From Octopus vulgaris (taxonomy: Eukaryota), in the NCBI GenBank assembly GCA_951406725.2, contig OX597815.1, positions 12,524,001 to 12,588,000 of the forward strand: DNA of 64,000 bases, in the 5' to 3' direction. Of this stretch, positions 27,860 through 41,954 are shown in pieces (the stretch's first letter is position 1; every line of letters starts with the position of its first letter). Position numbers and translations under genes: made by a program. The notes beneath the pieces were generated by a model. It had not been told where the DNA came from. It saw only the letters and a list, made by a program, of their open reading frames with translations, and did not search any database.

Positions 27860-28560
27860 CAGCACATTGCAACAAATAGTGCATGTCACTTTCTCCGACG
27901 TTGAATCGGTTACTCCAGTCCCAATATTTTTATTCTTAAGAACAGAAATTAAAAACGGTAATATTGTTTTCATGTTATTTACAGTATAGAATTTCTTCAG
28001 TGAATGGCGTGCAATAGTATTTCTAGAAATTGTCGACAGAGCCACTGATTGGTGATGTGGCATGGACATTAACGTGAACATACTAACACACCTCCCATTT
28101 GTAGATCACACTGTGCTCATTGCCGAAACTAGATATCAGCTGCAGAGCATGGTGACAGAGTTGAACACTCATAGCTCAGTAGTAGGATTTAAATTGAGTT
28201 GCATGAAAAGAAAATAATTCGGGATAAATTCCAAATAGACGTGGTACACGACGAAATCACAGGAGGTTTTGAATTACCGTTACGAATGCCAACATGAATA
28301 TGAACCGAGAATTGGATGCTGAAATCGCGAAGATAATAAGGGCAGAATGCAAGTCGTTTGTCTCAAAATACGTTGTACTCCAAACAAAGGTGGGCAAGAC
28401 CATACATGCCAGAATATTTCTAACTACGGTTTATATGCAAGTGAGATGCAGTCTACTACGAACAGAAGACCTAGATTGACTACACATCAAACATCGTTTC
28501 ATGGAACGAATTATAATGTAAATTGAACATAAAATATATTTTAATGAATGATTGAATGAT
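27860..28560 (+). mobile_element. RTE-clade LINE RT remnant, old
   Basis: Plus-strand translation at about 28083-28215, LTHLPFVDHTVLIAETRYQLQSMVTELNTHSSVVGFKL, resembles RTE LRFADDIVL...LQSML..L...VGLKI; downstream NMNRELDAEI and LYASE. Confidence 0.6.
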
Positions 28561-29723
28561 ATACCATAAAAACACGAGTGTATGCAAATTCGAAACAGAT
28601 TTCTTGACATCAATATTGGAGTAAATTCTGAAAATTCTAAGTGTCAATGATAACATTTAAAGGGAGATTTCTTCTATTTTCTCTTCTGCTCATTTTATTC
28701 AAATAAATCGGGGCAATTTCTGTCACGTGACCTGAGTATTTCCAACCAGTCTAACCTTCAGCTTTCCGCTTTCTTTCACACAATTTCCTCCTTTCTAAGG
28801 CATATATTATAAGCTTAAGACACACAATAAGTTGATGGTTACAGAAAGAAATTACCCAATGTATTCTAAATTCTCAAAGCCCAATAAGATATTTTCTTTG
28901 AATGTAATTACTTTTGTATGGGCGACATATAATACGAATTAAAATGAAATTATATTTATTAGATTTATGATTATAACGGAAGCAATTACTACTGGCTATC
29001 AGCATTTGTTATGCTTCACTTTGTTAATCTAATCGGTTGCTTAGCAAGAATAAGATTGTAGCGTATCTAACTCATAATAACAGAGAGTAATATTCCGTCA
29101 GGTTTTATGTTACACACATATATACAATATCTGTATATAACAAACCCGCACAAACAAACGAGGAAAATAAAATAAACAATAGAAGCAGCGCATTAGGGGG
29201 AAATAAAAGCACTAAGAAAAAAACCAATTTCAATCAATAGTTGAATCTTATAGGGTTTTATTACATAGTTCAAATTGATTTATAAATTGAACAATTATCA
29301 CCAATAAAATCGAAGCCAGATGAATAAAATGAAGTCTTGTAAAGCAATTAGTTTTATTCGGTAAACTATATATACATATGTGTGTTTGTGTGTGTTTGTG
29401 TGTGTGTGTTATTTTGTAGTGAAAGAATTTAAAAAATAACGTATTTTACGACAAATTTTCATCGGTTACATTTTGTGATAGATGTTTATTTGCATTCACG
29501 AAGAGTTTCATTTTATTCGTTATTTTCTTGTAGTTTCTCTCTCATTCTTCCTCTCATCACAAACTCACCTATGTATATGTGTACATACGTACACATATAC
29601 ATATCTATCTATCTATCTATCTATCTATATATCTATCTATCTATCTATCTATCTATTTACTTATCTATCTATCTCTATCTGTCTATGTATGTATGTATGT
29701 ATGTATCGATGTGTATATGTATA

Positions 29724-29759
<36 letters not shown>

Positions 29760-29795
29760 TATATATATACATATACATATATATATGTATGCATG

Positions 29796-29906
<111 letters not shown>

Positions 29907-29915
29907 GTATATATA

Positions 29916-29949
<34 letters not shown>

Positions 29950-30558
29950 CATGTATTAATTTATTAGCCATGTCTCTCTCTGTCTCTCCGTCCCTCCTCT
30001 CTCTCTCTGTCTCTCTAGCATTCTATCAATAGCATATCAACATTTAGTTACGGAATGGCAGAAATCGATATTTTCCATTTGAAATCTATAAATTTCAAAT
30101 ATAAATGGAAAGTGCACCGAAGAAATAAATTAATACAAATAGATGCTTGAATTTGTTTTCGAGATTTGTTTGTTGCTCTTTATAGAGAAAACATGTCTAT
30201 TAAATAAATATTACTATATCTGTTTTTAAGGTCACACGCAAGCAAACATTTAAAATTTTACGTTTATTAGAAATTTATATTTCAAATATGTTGTATTAAG
30301 TGTGCTATCTTATCATTCATGATAGAGGATTAGAATTATGTGGTGTATCATAATAGGTAATATCAGTATATAGCTACTTATAGGGTATTATACAATTAGA
30401 ATGTATTTGTGAGCTGCGAATAGATTTAAGTAGATATTCAAAAGAAAAAGGAAGAAACAGGACTTGTAAGTGGCTGGATTTCGTCGGTCCGGAGGGTTTG
30501 GTGTGAAGGAGTGAATGAGAATTACGATGTAAATAAGTTCTACGGAGGGTCAACTGGA

Positions 30559-30943
30559 TGGAAGCACTCCGTCGGTTACGACGATGAGGGTTCCGGTTGA
30601 TCCGAATCAACGGAACAGCCTGCTCGTGAAATTAACGTGTAAGTGGCTGAGCACTCCACAGACACGTGCACCCTTAACGTAGTTCTCGGGGATATTCAGC
30701 GTTACTCAGAGAGTGGCAAGGCCGGCCCCTTGAAATACAGGTACAACAGAAACAGGAAGTAAGAGTGAGAGAAAATTGTGGTGAAAGAGTACCGCAGGGA
30801 TCACCACCATCCCCTGCCGGAGCCTCGTGGAGCTTTTTAGGTGTTTTCGCTCAATAAACACTCACAACGCCCGGTCTGGGAATCGAAACCGCGATCCTAT
30901 GACCGCGAGTCCGCTGCCCTAACCACTGGGCTATTGCGCCTCC
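30559..30943 (-). mobile_element. SINE family C (tRNA-Arg-like head), full length
   Basis: Head GGAGGCGCAATAGCCCAGTGGTTAGGGCAGCGGACTCGCGGTCATAGGATCGCGGTTTCGATTCCC with A and B boxes; aligns with the tRNA-Arg at 46106. Confidence 0.9.
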
Positions 30944-31190
30944 TACTACTACAGTGATTCGGGAGGTGCGTTCGCATTTGAGTCAAATTGTTAATTGACA
31001 CGTACATTCATTTGCGTGTGTGGGTGCGTGCGCGTCTTTATGGGTGTATGTGAGGGAGAAATCGGAAATATATTGTTTAGAACGTACGAATTCTCATTTG
31101 TACACATCATCATAGGTGCATAAAGTTATGTACCAGCAAATTTGCCCAAAATGTTACGAAATCTTGGTTTCACCAAAGGAAACACCCTCC

Positions 31191-31232
<42 letters not shown>

Positions 31233-31407
31233 ACACACACACACACAAGGAACTGACGCCGATACTCCAAATTCATACTAGAGTTAACACTGAAGGTGTC
31301 ACCCACATTATAAGTAGTTTTCCGATGTTGTAGCTAAGACACTCTATAATGAAATCCGTCGAAAGAAGACTGAACAACGATATACATACAAACATGTGTA
31401 AGTGTGT

Positions 31408-31444
<37 letters not shown>

Positions 31445-31908
31445 TGTGCCTTTTAGTTATCTCTGGAGCTCTGCCGTAAAATGTTTTAGTCAACGCGAGC
31501 GATACCAATGATGGTCTTTTAAGCTTCGTACTCATACCATATGTTTTAGCCGAACCAAAACTGGTTACCAGCAGGTGTTGGGAGAAACACAGACGCAAAG
31601 ACACACGCACACACACAAACATACACAGACTCACACACACAGACACACACACACACAAATCGGAACTTCGAAGTCACTCTTAAGCTTTCCAAACAAAACT
31701 TTAATGAACATATACCCTACTCAGACGTGTTAAAATGCTTTTATATAGATCTTCGTATAAAAACCAAACAGTAAATGTGAGTACATTCACAGACATATAC
31801 ACATATGTAAATACATATATATGCATATACATATACAAATATATATATACATATACATATGTATATGCATATATTTATATATCCGTATTTATATATCTCC
31901 ATACATAC

Positions 31909-31982
<74 letters not shown>

Positions 31983-32730
31983 GCATATATATATATATAG
32001 AAACATACATATATATGTGTCTGTGTATGTGTGCGTATATGTATATATATTATATATACACCTAAACACACATATGTACGGGACTGCCTGTGCTTGTGTG
32101 TGCTTAAAATTTATACGGAACGAAACCTTTCATATATAATCATATATTCACAATTTTTAAACCGTGGCAATACTGACAGTTGTAAAATGCAGGATGATTG
32201 AAATTCTCCCATCGACCATATCATACTATACCTCGGGATTGGTGCCTATGTATAATAACACTGCATGCTCATAAGACGCACATTGGGTAAGGAAGCAATA
32301 TGAATTGGATACATATTCAAATATCGCTTAAAACTAATTACATAATTTCAGGGCTTTCTACAAACGGTTTTGTAAGTATCCTATACAATTATTTTGGATG
32401 TTTTCGTTGTGTTCTTATGTATAAGTTCATATTTCAAAGATGAAGCATTCAGAGATGTCATTTCCATTTTGTTAAGTGAATTTTGCAATTTAAACCGAAT
32501 TTAAATGACATTTTTATGATTAAAATATAAACTGAATTAGAAAATGTCTCATAGAATTGCATTTGAATTGTATTTGAATATAACGAAATGTATTTTACGC
32601 GTTCATTTAATGAAATATGACAGGGTGTATGTGTGAGTGCGTGTGAGTTTGTGTATGTGCATGTCTGCGAGGGAGCGTGTGATTGTAAAATTTTGCACAC
32701 ACACACACACAGCTGTATATGTATAATCAT

Positions 32731-32929
32731 CGGCGAGCTGGCAGAATCGTTAGCACGCCGGCCGAAATGCTTAGCAGTATTTTGTCTGCCGCTACGTTCT
32801 GAGTTCAAATTCCGCCGAGGTCGGCTTTGCCTCGATCGAATAAGTACCAGTTACGCACTGCGGTCGATATAATCAAATTAATCCGTTTGTCTGTCCTTGT
32901 TTGTCCTCTCTGTGTTAAGTAGTAAAGAA

Positions 32930-32930
<1 letters not shown>
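32731..32930 (+). mobile_element. SINE family A, tail type A, internally deleted
   Basis: cggcgagctggcagaatcgttagc head, gagttcaaattcc, tail ...gtagtaaagaaat running into (TA)n. Confidence 0.85.
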
Positions 32931-33011
<81 letters not shown>

Positions 33012-33100
33012 GCAGATGTGTGTGTGTGTTTGCGCATTTCGTATATATATTAAGCATATCACTGAGCTCAGGTACCTTAGCGTGAAAGTATCAAATACAA

Positions 33101-33316
33101 AGGCGGTGAGCTGGCAGAAACGTTAGCACGCCGGGCGAAATGCTTAACGGTATTTCGTCTGTCTTTACGTTCTGAATTCAAAAACCGCCGAGGTCGACTT
33201 TGCCTTTCATCCTTTCGGGGTCGATAAATTAAGTACTATTTGCATGCTGCAGTCGATCTAATGGACTGGCCCACTACCCAATTATTTCGGGCATCGTGCC
33301 TAGAGTAGAAAAAAAT
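33101..33316 (+). mobile_element. SINE family A, tail type B
   Basis: Head, core and ...gtgcctagagtagaaaaaaa tail. Confidence 0.88.
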
Positions 33317-33371
33317 ATATCAAATGTTTAATTTATTTACGTAATCGTCTTTGTTTTAGTAATTTATTATT

Positions 33372-34348
<977 letters not shown>

Positions 34349-35531
34349 TGATGTCCTTAAACATAGTTAGTCTTAATAATAAAGTAAATGGGGAATTTAT
34401 TCTCCGATCGCTATCCAGTATAATGCTGGATAATAGATGTACTGTTTAGCCAATAGAATTTCACTGGAGTTGGTTGGTTAGATGGCTCAGATTAACTTGG
34501 AATTTGACTTTGTGATATCGGATATCACCCAGTACAGTATTCGATCCGTGGGCTTTCTTTTTAGCCCAACCCCACCCATCAAAAACCTGGAAAATCTGCT
34601 GCTACGTATCATTTAAATATTATATATATATTATATATTTTTTATTTTACTATCGAATATACTTATAAGGCTATAACTTCACATTCATTCTTTAGTATTA
34701 AGCTCTAAATATTTCTTCCTAATATATATCAAATGTATTTCACTAGATATAACAATATTTGTTATTCACACAAACTACAATTGTTGCTAATAACATATTG
34801 TACTCATATTTACTGTGGCATTTCTAAGCCATATCACTTTGTTATATTTATATGCTTCCCTTAATACCTTGTTATAATTGAGAAATGGTTTCGCATGTTC
34901 ATCAATAGTGTAATTATAAATGCTGTCAAATTTAACATTTATCGCATGGTCAGTGACATAATGGAGTGAATTAATTGTAACAGTTACAGACAGCAACAAT
35001 GTTTGGAATAAGATATTGTGAAACTCACGTTTGTAATACAACGCGATGGTTTGAGAAATACAACTTAAGATGAAATCAGCAATGAAATACGAGATAAGAA
35101 ATCCGAAACGTATTTCAAAATTATATTTAATAAACAGATGACATATTATTACAAGTTTGTACAGGTTAAGAGTAAGATATAAAATAAAATCTCTTCTTTG
35201 TTAATTAAACAAGTGCAGCTATCTAATATTTAACGCATAGAAATTCATATTATTGAATTTTCTTATCTAGATACATAATAATTGCTAGTTGTGCTCACCA
35301 TTCTTCCATACATTTCGCCATTATTCATTCTTGCATCTCACAATTACACAAACACACAATTTATGCAACTGTTTCCATTCTAGGTCCTTAAAATTTCGGT
35401 GAACAAAAGAGCATAATATGACGTTCGGATATAATTATGAAGATTTCATTATTTTCCTGAGCTTAAATTAATTAAACCAATTGCACAGATAATATTACTT
35501 ATCTCGTTAATACCCCCACACAGTCACAAAC

Positions 35532-35591
<60 letters not shown>

Positions 35592-35596
<5 letters not shown>

Positions 35597-35849
35597 CGTG
35601 ATCACCGTGACCGAACAGGCCATCGTATGTTGTTAAACATCGCTGGTCACAATGTGCTTTGCATTGTTCTAGCCTTGAAAGGACGCCGCCCCGCTGGCTA
35701 AGCGAGCAGGCCAACAGAAGAAAGAAGGAGAGAAAGTTGTGGCGAAGGAGTACAGCAGGGATCACCACCACCCCCTGCCGGTCTGGGAATCGAAACCGCG
35801 ATCCTACAAACGCGAGTCCGCTGCCCTAACCACTAGGCGATTGCGCCTC

Positions 35850-35850
<1 letters not shown>
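35592..35850 (-). mobile_element. SINE family C variant with a different 3' tail and a 54-bp internal deletion
   Basis: Same tRNA-Arg-like head as 30943; ends in CACGGTGAT twice, then (TA)n. Confidence 0.85.
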
Positions 35851-35934
<84 letters not shown>

Positions 35935-35960
35935 TTTATTTAAAGCAGCAGAAAATTCAA

Positions 35961-36010
35961 CAAAATCTGTTACTCTGAGTTTCTCGTTGCCGTCCATCTG
36001 ACAGTTTTTG
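35961..36010 (-). ncRNA. Degenerate minimal type I hammerhead ribozyme
   Basis: CAAAAACTGT-CAGATGG-ACG GCAA CGA-GAAA-CTCAGAG-TA-ACAGATTTTG: stem I of 9 bp with one A-A mismatch, GNRA-capped stem II, near-palindromic stem III, GUA triplet; two substitutions relative to the CUGANGA core. Confidence 0.6.
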
Positions 36011-39000
36011 CTAGAATGGAACCGATATATCAATTCAATCCAGACTCTTACAAACGCTACACCTTTAAAAAAAATGGACTTGTTTGATTGGCCCTTTAGA
36101 AATAACGGTCAATCTTCGAGCGATAAACAAAAAATGAGCTCAAAAATATATGTATATATATATAAAAAAATTATAAAAATTATAGAAATTATAAAATTCG
36201 AGGAAAAAACCTTACATTGAATAAAATACATATTGACGTTAATGAAGAAAATATAATTAATGCATAGAAATTAAAACTTATTATAAATATTACACTGCAA
36301 TACATATTCATATTAAAGTGTACATATATATATCAACATACACATAAGGATGCGTGCAAACGCCATACATATACAGACGTATAAATATAAATCTAAAATA
36401 TACACAAAAATGCATGCATACATATATGTACGCAATCTCGCACGCAAGTTAAAATCATCGATGTAGCGTTTCTCATTTACTGAGTAAAGCTTAAGTAAGG
36501 GGGACGTAAAGTTGTATCAGTATCAGTTTTAAGAAAAAAACGAAAGAAAGGAAGAGAGAGGAAAAGGAACGAAGAAGGGGGAAGGAAAATAGAAAAAGGA
36601 GGGGTGGGTAAAAACGAAATAAGAAAGATTATGTATACAAGCTGTGTAACCGCGTTATTGACATATATGGAGACAAGTATACAAATACACAAGTTCGAAT
36701 GGATACATACACATACAGTCGTGTATGTGTGTGCTTAAGCACACACATACGCTCACTTACACATGCACAGAGACGCATGCTTACAAATACATATCCATGG
36801 CTATACACATATTTATATCAACATTCTAATTTTTGACAACATTGCTTTTAAAAAAAGGTAAGTGCAATAATGAAAAATATACGAAAGACATATAAAATAT
36901 AACACCCTATTTTGGATCATCTATAAATTAAAAATCAAGGTAATCCTACACAATACAATAACACGAAATAAACAAAGCCGAATGTTTTTTCCTAATGTAT
37001 ATGTAGAAATATAAGACTTTGCTATACGGAATGAAATCTGCATAGCGCGAAACAAATCCATCGTCGCGTTTACATACTAGTTCAAGAGTCAAAATCAAAA
37101 TTTCAAAAATCAAAAATACAAAATATATACTCTATCCATATGGTATATTTATATTTGACATTTTAAATACATAAAAATACATAAACACATACAATGTTAT
37201 TAACAGTTTAAGTATAGTTGAGGCACGTTCAAACTCCTATGAAAGCCATTCATTTTATTTCATCGTTGCGAAACATTTCTCAATGAAAAAATACGCAAAA
37301 GGCTTTCTCACGGGTTCAAATATACCTCAACCATATTTGAACGTGTCACATGTTTGTATTTGTACATATTGCGTAACGTTTCAAGTTCGTATCAGTATTA
37401 GATTCATACTGCTTAAGTACATATGTTCATACACTCATGCATACATACATACACACACACACGAGCACACACAAGCAAACAAATATTCACATACACATCT
37501 AAGTATATACATCACTCCCATCTTACCTGTCAATCTGTCTATCTGTCTATCTAACTATGTATCTATCTATTTATCTATCTATCTAACTATCTATCTGTCT
37601 GACTATCTATCTATCTATACACACACGCACACACACACACACACACAGATACACACACATATATATGTACGTGCCTGTATGTTTGTGTGTGAGGGAATAT
37701 ATATGTACATGCATATATTATCATTGATATATGTGTATGTACTTGTGCGAGTGTGTGTGTGTGTGTGTCTGCGTGTGCGTGCGTGTGTGTGTGTGTACTC
37801 GTAGAAAATGTATGTACGTCATCAAAGTTTCTAAGACAGTAGTCAAATAAGCTGCCTACGGTATATTTAAAGTAAAGTCGGCATGGTATTCCGATTTGAT
37901 ATTTTTATAAATTTACAGTACATGATTCGAGATGAGATGCAGTATAAGTGTTGAAGCCTTAGATCGAAAGAGACACGTTATTTACCCTATAGTGGATTGG
38001 TTATGCGTCGGACTAGTATAAATAACACTGTACACGAATTCTTTTCCCAACATTCTAGAATATTCCCCGGCAGAAGAAGTTGGTAATAAAATGAAAATAG
38101 GAGGTACATTGTTAAATAACGCGAAACCCGCATTATGCAACACGAAGAAAGGAATTCTCTAACATGAGGAGTGAGAGCGACCAAAGTTTTTTTTCTATCG
38201 ATATATTTAGTGTATTCGAAAAGATATGATATACAGCTAGCATCCATGTAACCAGTGAAGTAATTCCACCTATACATCAATATTTGTGAATATTTTATTG
38301 ATCAGTTTACCTATATAATATCGACAAAATAAAATCGTTAGTAATTGCTGCTTTTCAAGAAAGACTAATGAGATCCATGATTGATTTTCTGACGAAATAT
38401 AACGCATTTTTCTAACAGAATTTACAGTAGAATTGACATTGATTGGTGCGTCAATAAGTTTGATATATGTATGTACATACACTCAATATGCTCATGATAC
38501 GTTTTCCGAATAGATTGTCTTATATGTAAATAAAAACAGGATGTTGTGTAAAGCAACATCATTGCCTGGGTATACGCACCTTTTACAAATAATCGTTTTC
38601 CGTCCTCTAGAACTTCGAGTAATTTCTATAACGGTTTTCAAATATAATATACATAGATATAACAATATCATACTTTCTATACAGGATACGATATTGTTCA
38701 AATACAAAACGATGGAATTGCGCTAAATGTAAGCAGTTATATTTCTGTTATACGGAATGAAGATGCTGAATCAAAGAACCCTTTAATAGTTAGAAGGCGT
38801 TTTTCTAGATATGATGTTACAACTATTCTAACGATCACTATACTAAACAGAAGGAATTGTATAGATATTAAAGCAACAAAATATATTTCAATTGATAAAC
38901 TAGGAATAGCAGCATATCACCGGTTGTTATCTATAAAAACTTTATAAGATGTAAACGGAATTTTTGAACTAAGTAAGAGAAATGGAAACTGAGACTTGGA

Positions 39001-39800
39001 AACAGTTTACTGATATTTTGCTGCTCAGATCTGTATGTATATTTAATCATATGTACACAAAACGTAATGTCTGCTTTAAAATCCCAAAGTGTAATATATT
39101 TTCACCTAAATTTCCCTGCTGTATTATTAGTTCATTCCTTCGGGATACCATATATATAAGATTTACTCTCTACAATCTATCATATATGTAATTTCTGGCT
39201 CATTTACATCAGCTGGTAGGTTCAAGGTAACACCTGTCGTATGACACAGAAAATGGTAAAAATATAAGCCAAATCAGAAGACCTATTTCTGGGGATTAAC
39301 TCTTAAAGTAGAGGCGACTATTGTATAGTTGAAAGTCTGTTTTTCTAAAGTTACTTGAGGAAATGGAGCTGACAGAAAAATGTGAGTGATAGTAAGTGTA
39401 AAAAATAAACCAAGCTTAGCGACTATATTATCAGGTAGGCCATACAAACTCTTTCCTGCTATCCATATGTTTTCTTTTTTGTATGATGATCAATGTTTTC
39501 TTTTTACTATAGTAAATATAATTACATATGTTTGAGTAAGACAGAAAATTAAATTGCTCATTAGAGAGCAGAAGTAAAAGAATAGAGGACGAGAGAAAGA
39601 GAAAGAGTAGGGTTTCAAATAGAGAGAAGGAGACAAAAGTAATAGAGAGCCAAAGCAAAAGAGCCTTGAGAAATGCTCTAATTAGTCTGAAAATATCGTT
39701 TGAAATGATATTACAGACGGAGAAATCCTGCGAGATTTCATTTAATCTGGTAGCAATAAAGTAAATTAGCCAAAATTGCTAGAAACACATTTTTCACACA

Positions 39801-39851
<51 letters not shown>

Positions 39852-39953
39852 GCAGACAGTAACTCATTAAAGCACAAACCAAAGCACACCCACCATACCA
39901 AATGCATACTCATAGATACAGAAGTATCAATATGTTTATATACATATACATAC

Positions 39954-40044
<91 letters not shown>

Positions 40045-40698
40045 ATTATACATACACATATATACACACATACACACACTCATATACACACATATATACG
40101 CACGATAAATGCACTCGACGCGTAACAATCAGGCCACATGGCTTTCAGCTCTAATGTTTATCGCGTTAACATTGTTTGATTGCCTTGATAACCTTTGTTG
40201 TAATTATCTCCACCACGGCTTCCTCCTCACCCTATCACTTCCCCTAATAATCATTATTACTGACATTTTTTGCTGCATATAGGTGTTTACACCCGTTAAA
40301 CTTTTGCCTTAGTAGGCCTGTATAAGGTCAACTAAGAGATAGAAAATATCCACCTATACAAGCATGAACATTCCATGCATCATTATATATTTATGTTATT
40401 ATTTTAGTATTATCCTCGTTACTATTCTGTACCACATATATTTACTAAATATTGTTTACTATATGTTTACAATTTGCTTGTGCTGCTCATCTTTATTCTT
40501 GCTGCCCTTCGCACTAATCATACTTTTTTTTTTCTCCTTCGTCTTTTTATTATTGTTATACTTATTACTATATATATATGTGGAAGTTTTCTACGCCATT
40601 TTACACCGGTAAACCCAAAGTAAAGTATGAAGAATCAGCGCTAGAAATCTTTTTGTGAACAACTCCAGTTAAAAGTCGAATATTTATTTTATAATATC

Positions 40699-40759
<61 letters not shown>

Positions 40760-40782
40760 CTCTCTCTCTCTCTATCTCTATA

Positions 40783-40832
<50 letters not shown>

Positions 40833-40838
40833 TGCTAA

Positions 40839-40882
<44 letters not shown>

Positions 40883-40920
40883 ATTGTGTGTGATATACGT
40901 GTGATTGCGTGTGTGCATGT

Positions 40921-40962
<42 letters not shown>

Positions 40963-40985
40963 TGTGTGATTGCGTGTGTGCATGT

Positions 40986-41025
<40 letters not shown>

Positions 41026-41082
41026 ACAAGCACACACGCAATCACACAGATAGATATATATATATATAAGTTAGCATATTTA

Positions 41083-41113
<31 letters not shown>

Positions 41114-41954
41114 CATCGTGACCGATATATATATATTATAAAAAAACGAAAAAAACATATATTGTGGATACATAGCAAATACTGAACACAAATAGAATTT
41201 AAAAGAGCAACATACTAGCATTAAATAAGAATTGAATATAAAAGTCTCTTTACGAGTGAACTATAATTACATTTTTACTTTCGAATTATCTAAATATACA
41301 ATATAGCCCAATCTTCCTTGACCATAACTTTAAAATATTATAACCCACATATATATTTTATATTATATTTCCCAAATTACTTATTGCATTTTATAGCTTC
41401 ATTCAATTAACTAATATCCATCTATTTTCTTTTCATTTAGGTATTCTTTTCCCGCAGCATATTGTTTTTCTTGTCTATCCCTTTTCTTCTCTTTAATTCA
41501 GTCTATTTAATTAACGTCTTCACAGTATCCTACCCTAATTACGTAATGTCCCTCACAGCCCATAACCGTATATATGTTTTCTAAATGATTACATAATGTT
41601 CTTCAAAACCCATAACAGTCTATTTGTCAAATCCCGAATATCTTTTTAGCATGTTTTGAATAACTAACTTCTACCCCAAAAATAAATATCCACAATATAT
41701 TTTTTCTCCCTTTTCCTGAAATTAATATCAAGTTACCCTAGACAGTTTATCCTTATATGTTGAGAAAATTCTCCCAACATATAATCGATAACACCAGTTG
41801 ATATCTGGATTTTATAGTCCCTAAATAGGATAATACATTCTGAGATAGATAGATTTATAGATAGATATAGAATTCTGTACAGTTGCAATATGCATGGCGC
41901 AGTAAGAAAATAACCTTTCTGTGTGATCCTCCTAAAGCTGGATCACACAGAAAG

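Noticed and set aside
27500-28081. 193-aa minus-strand ORF, the longest non-microsatellite ORF
   Set aside because: No recognisable domain; it partly overlaps the antisense strand of a decayed RTE remnant.
30870-30943. tRNA-like sequence with A and B boxes (also 35780-35850)
   Set aside because: No proper acceptor or anticodon stems, and it continues into a SINE body; counted as SINE heads rather than tRNA genes.
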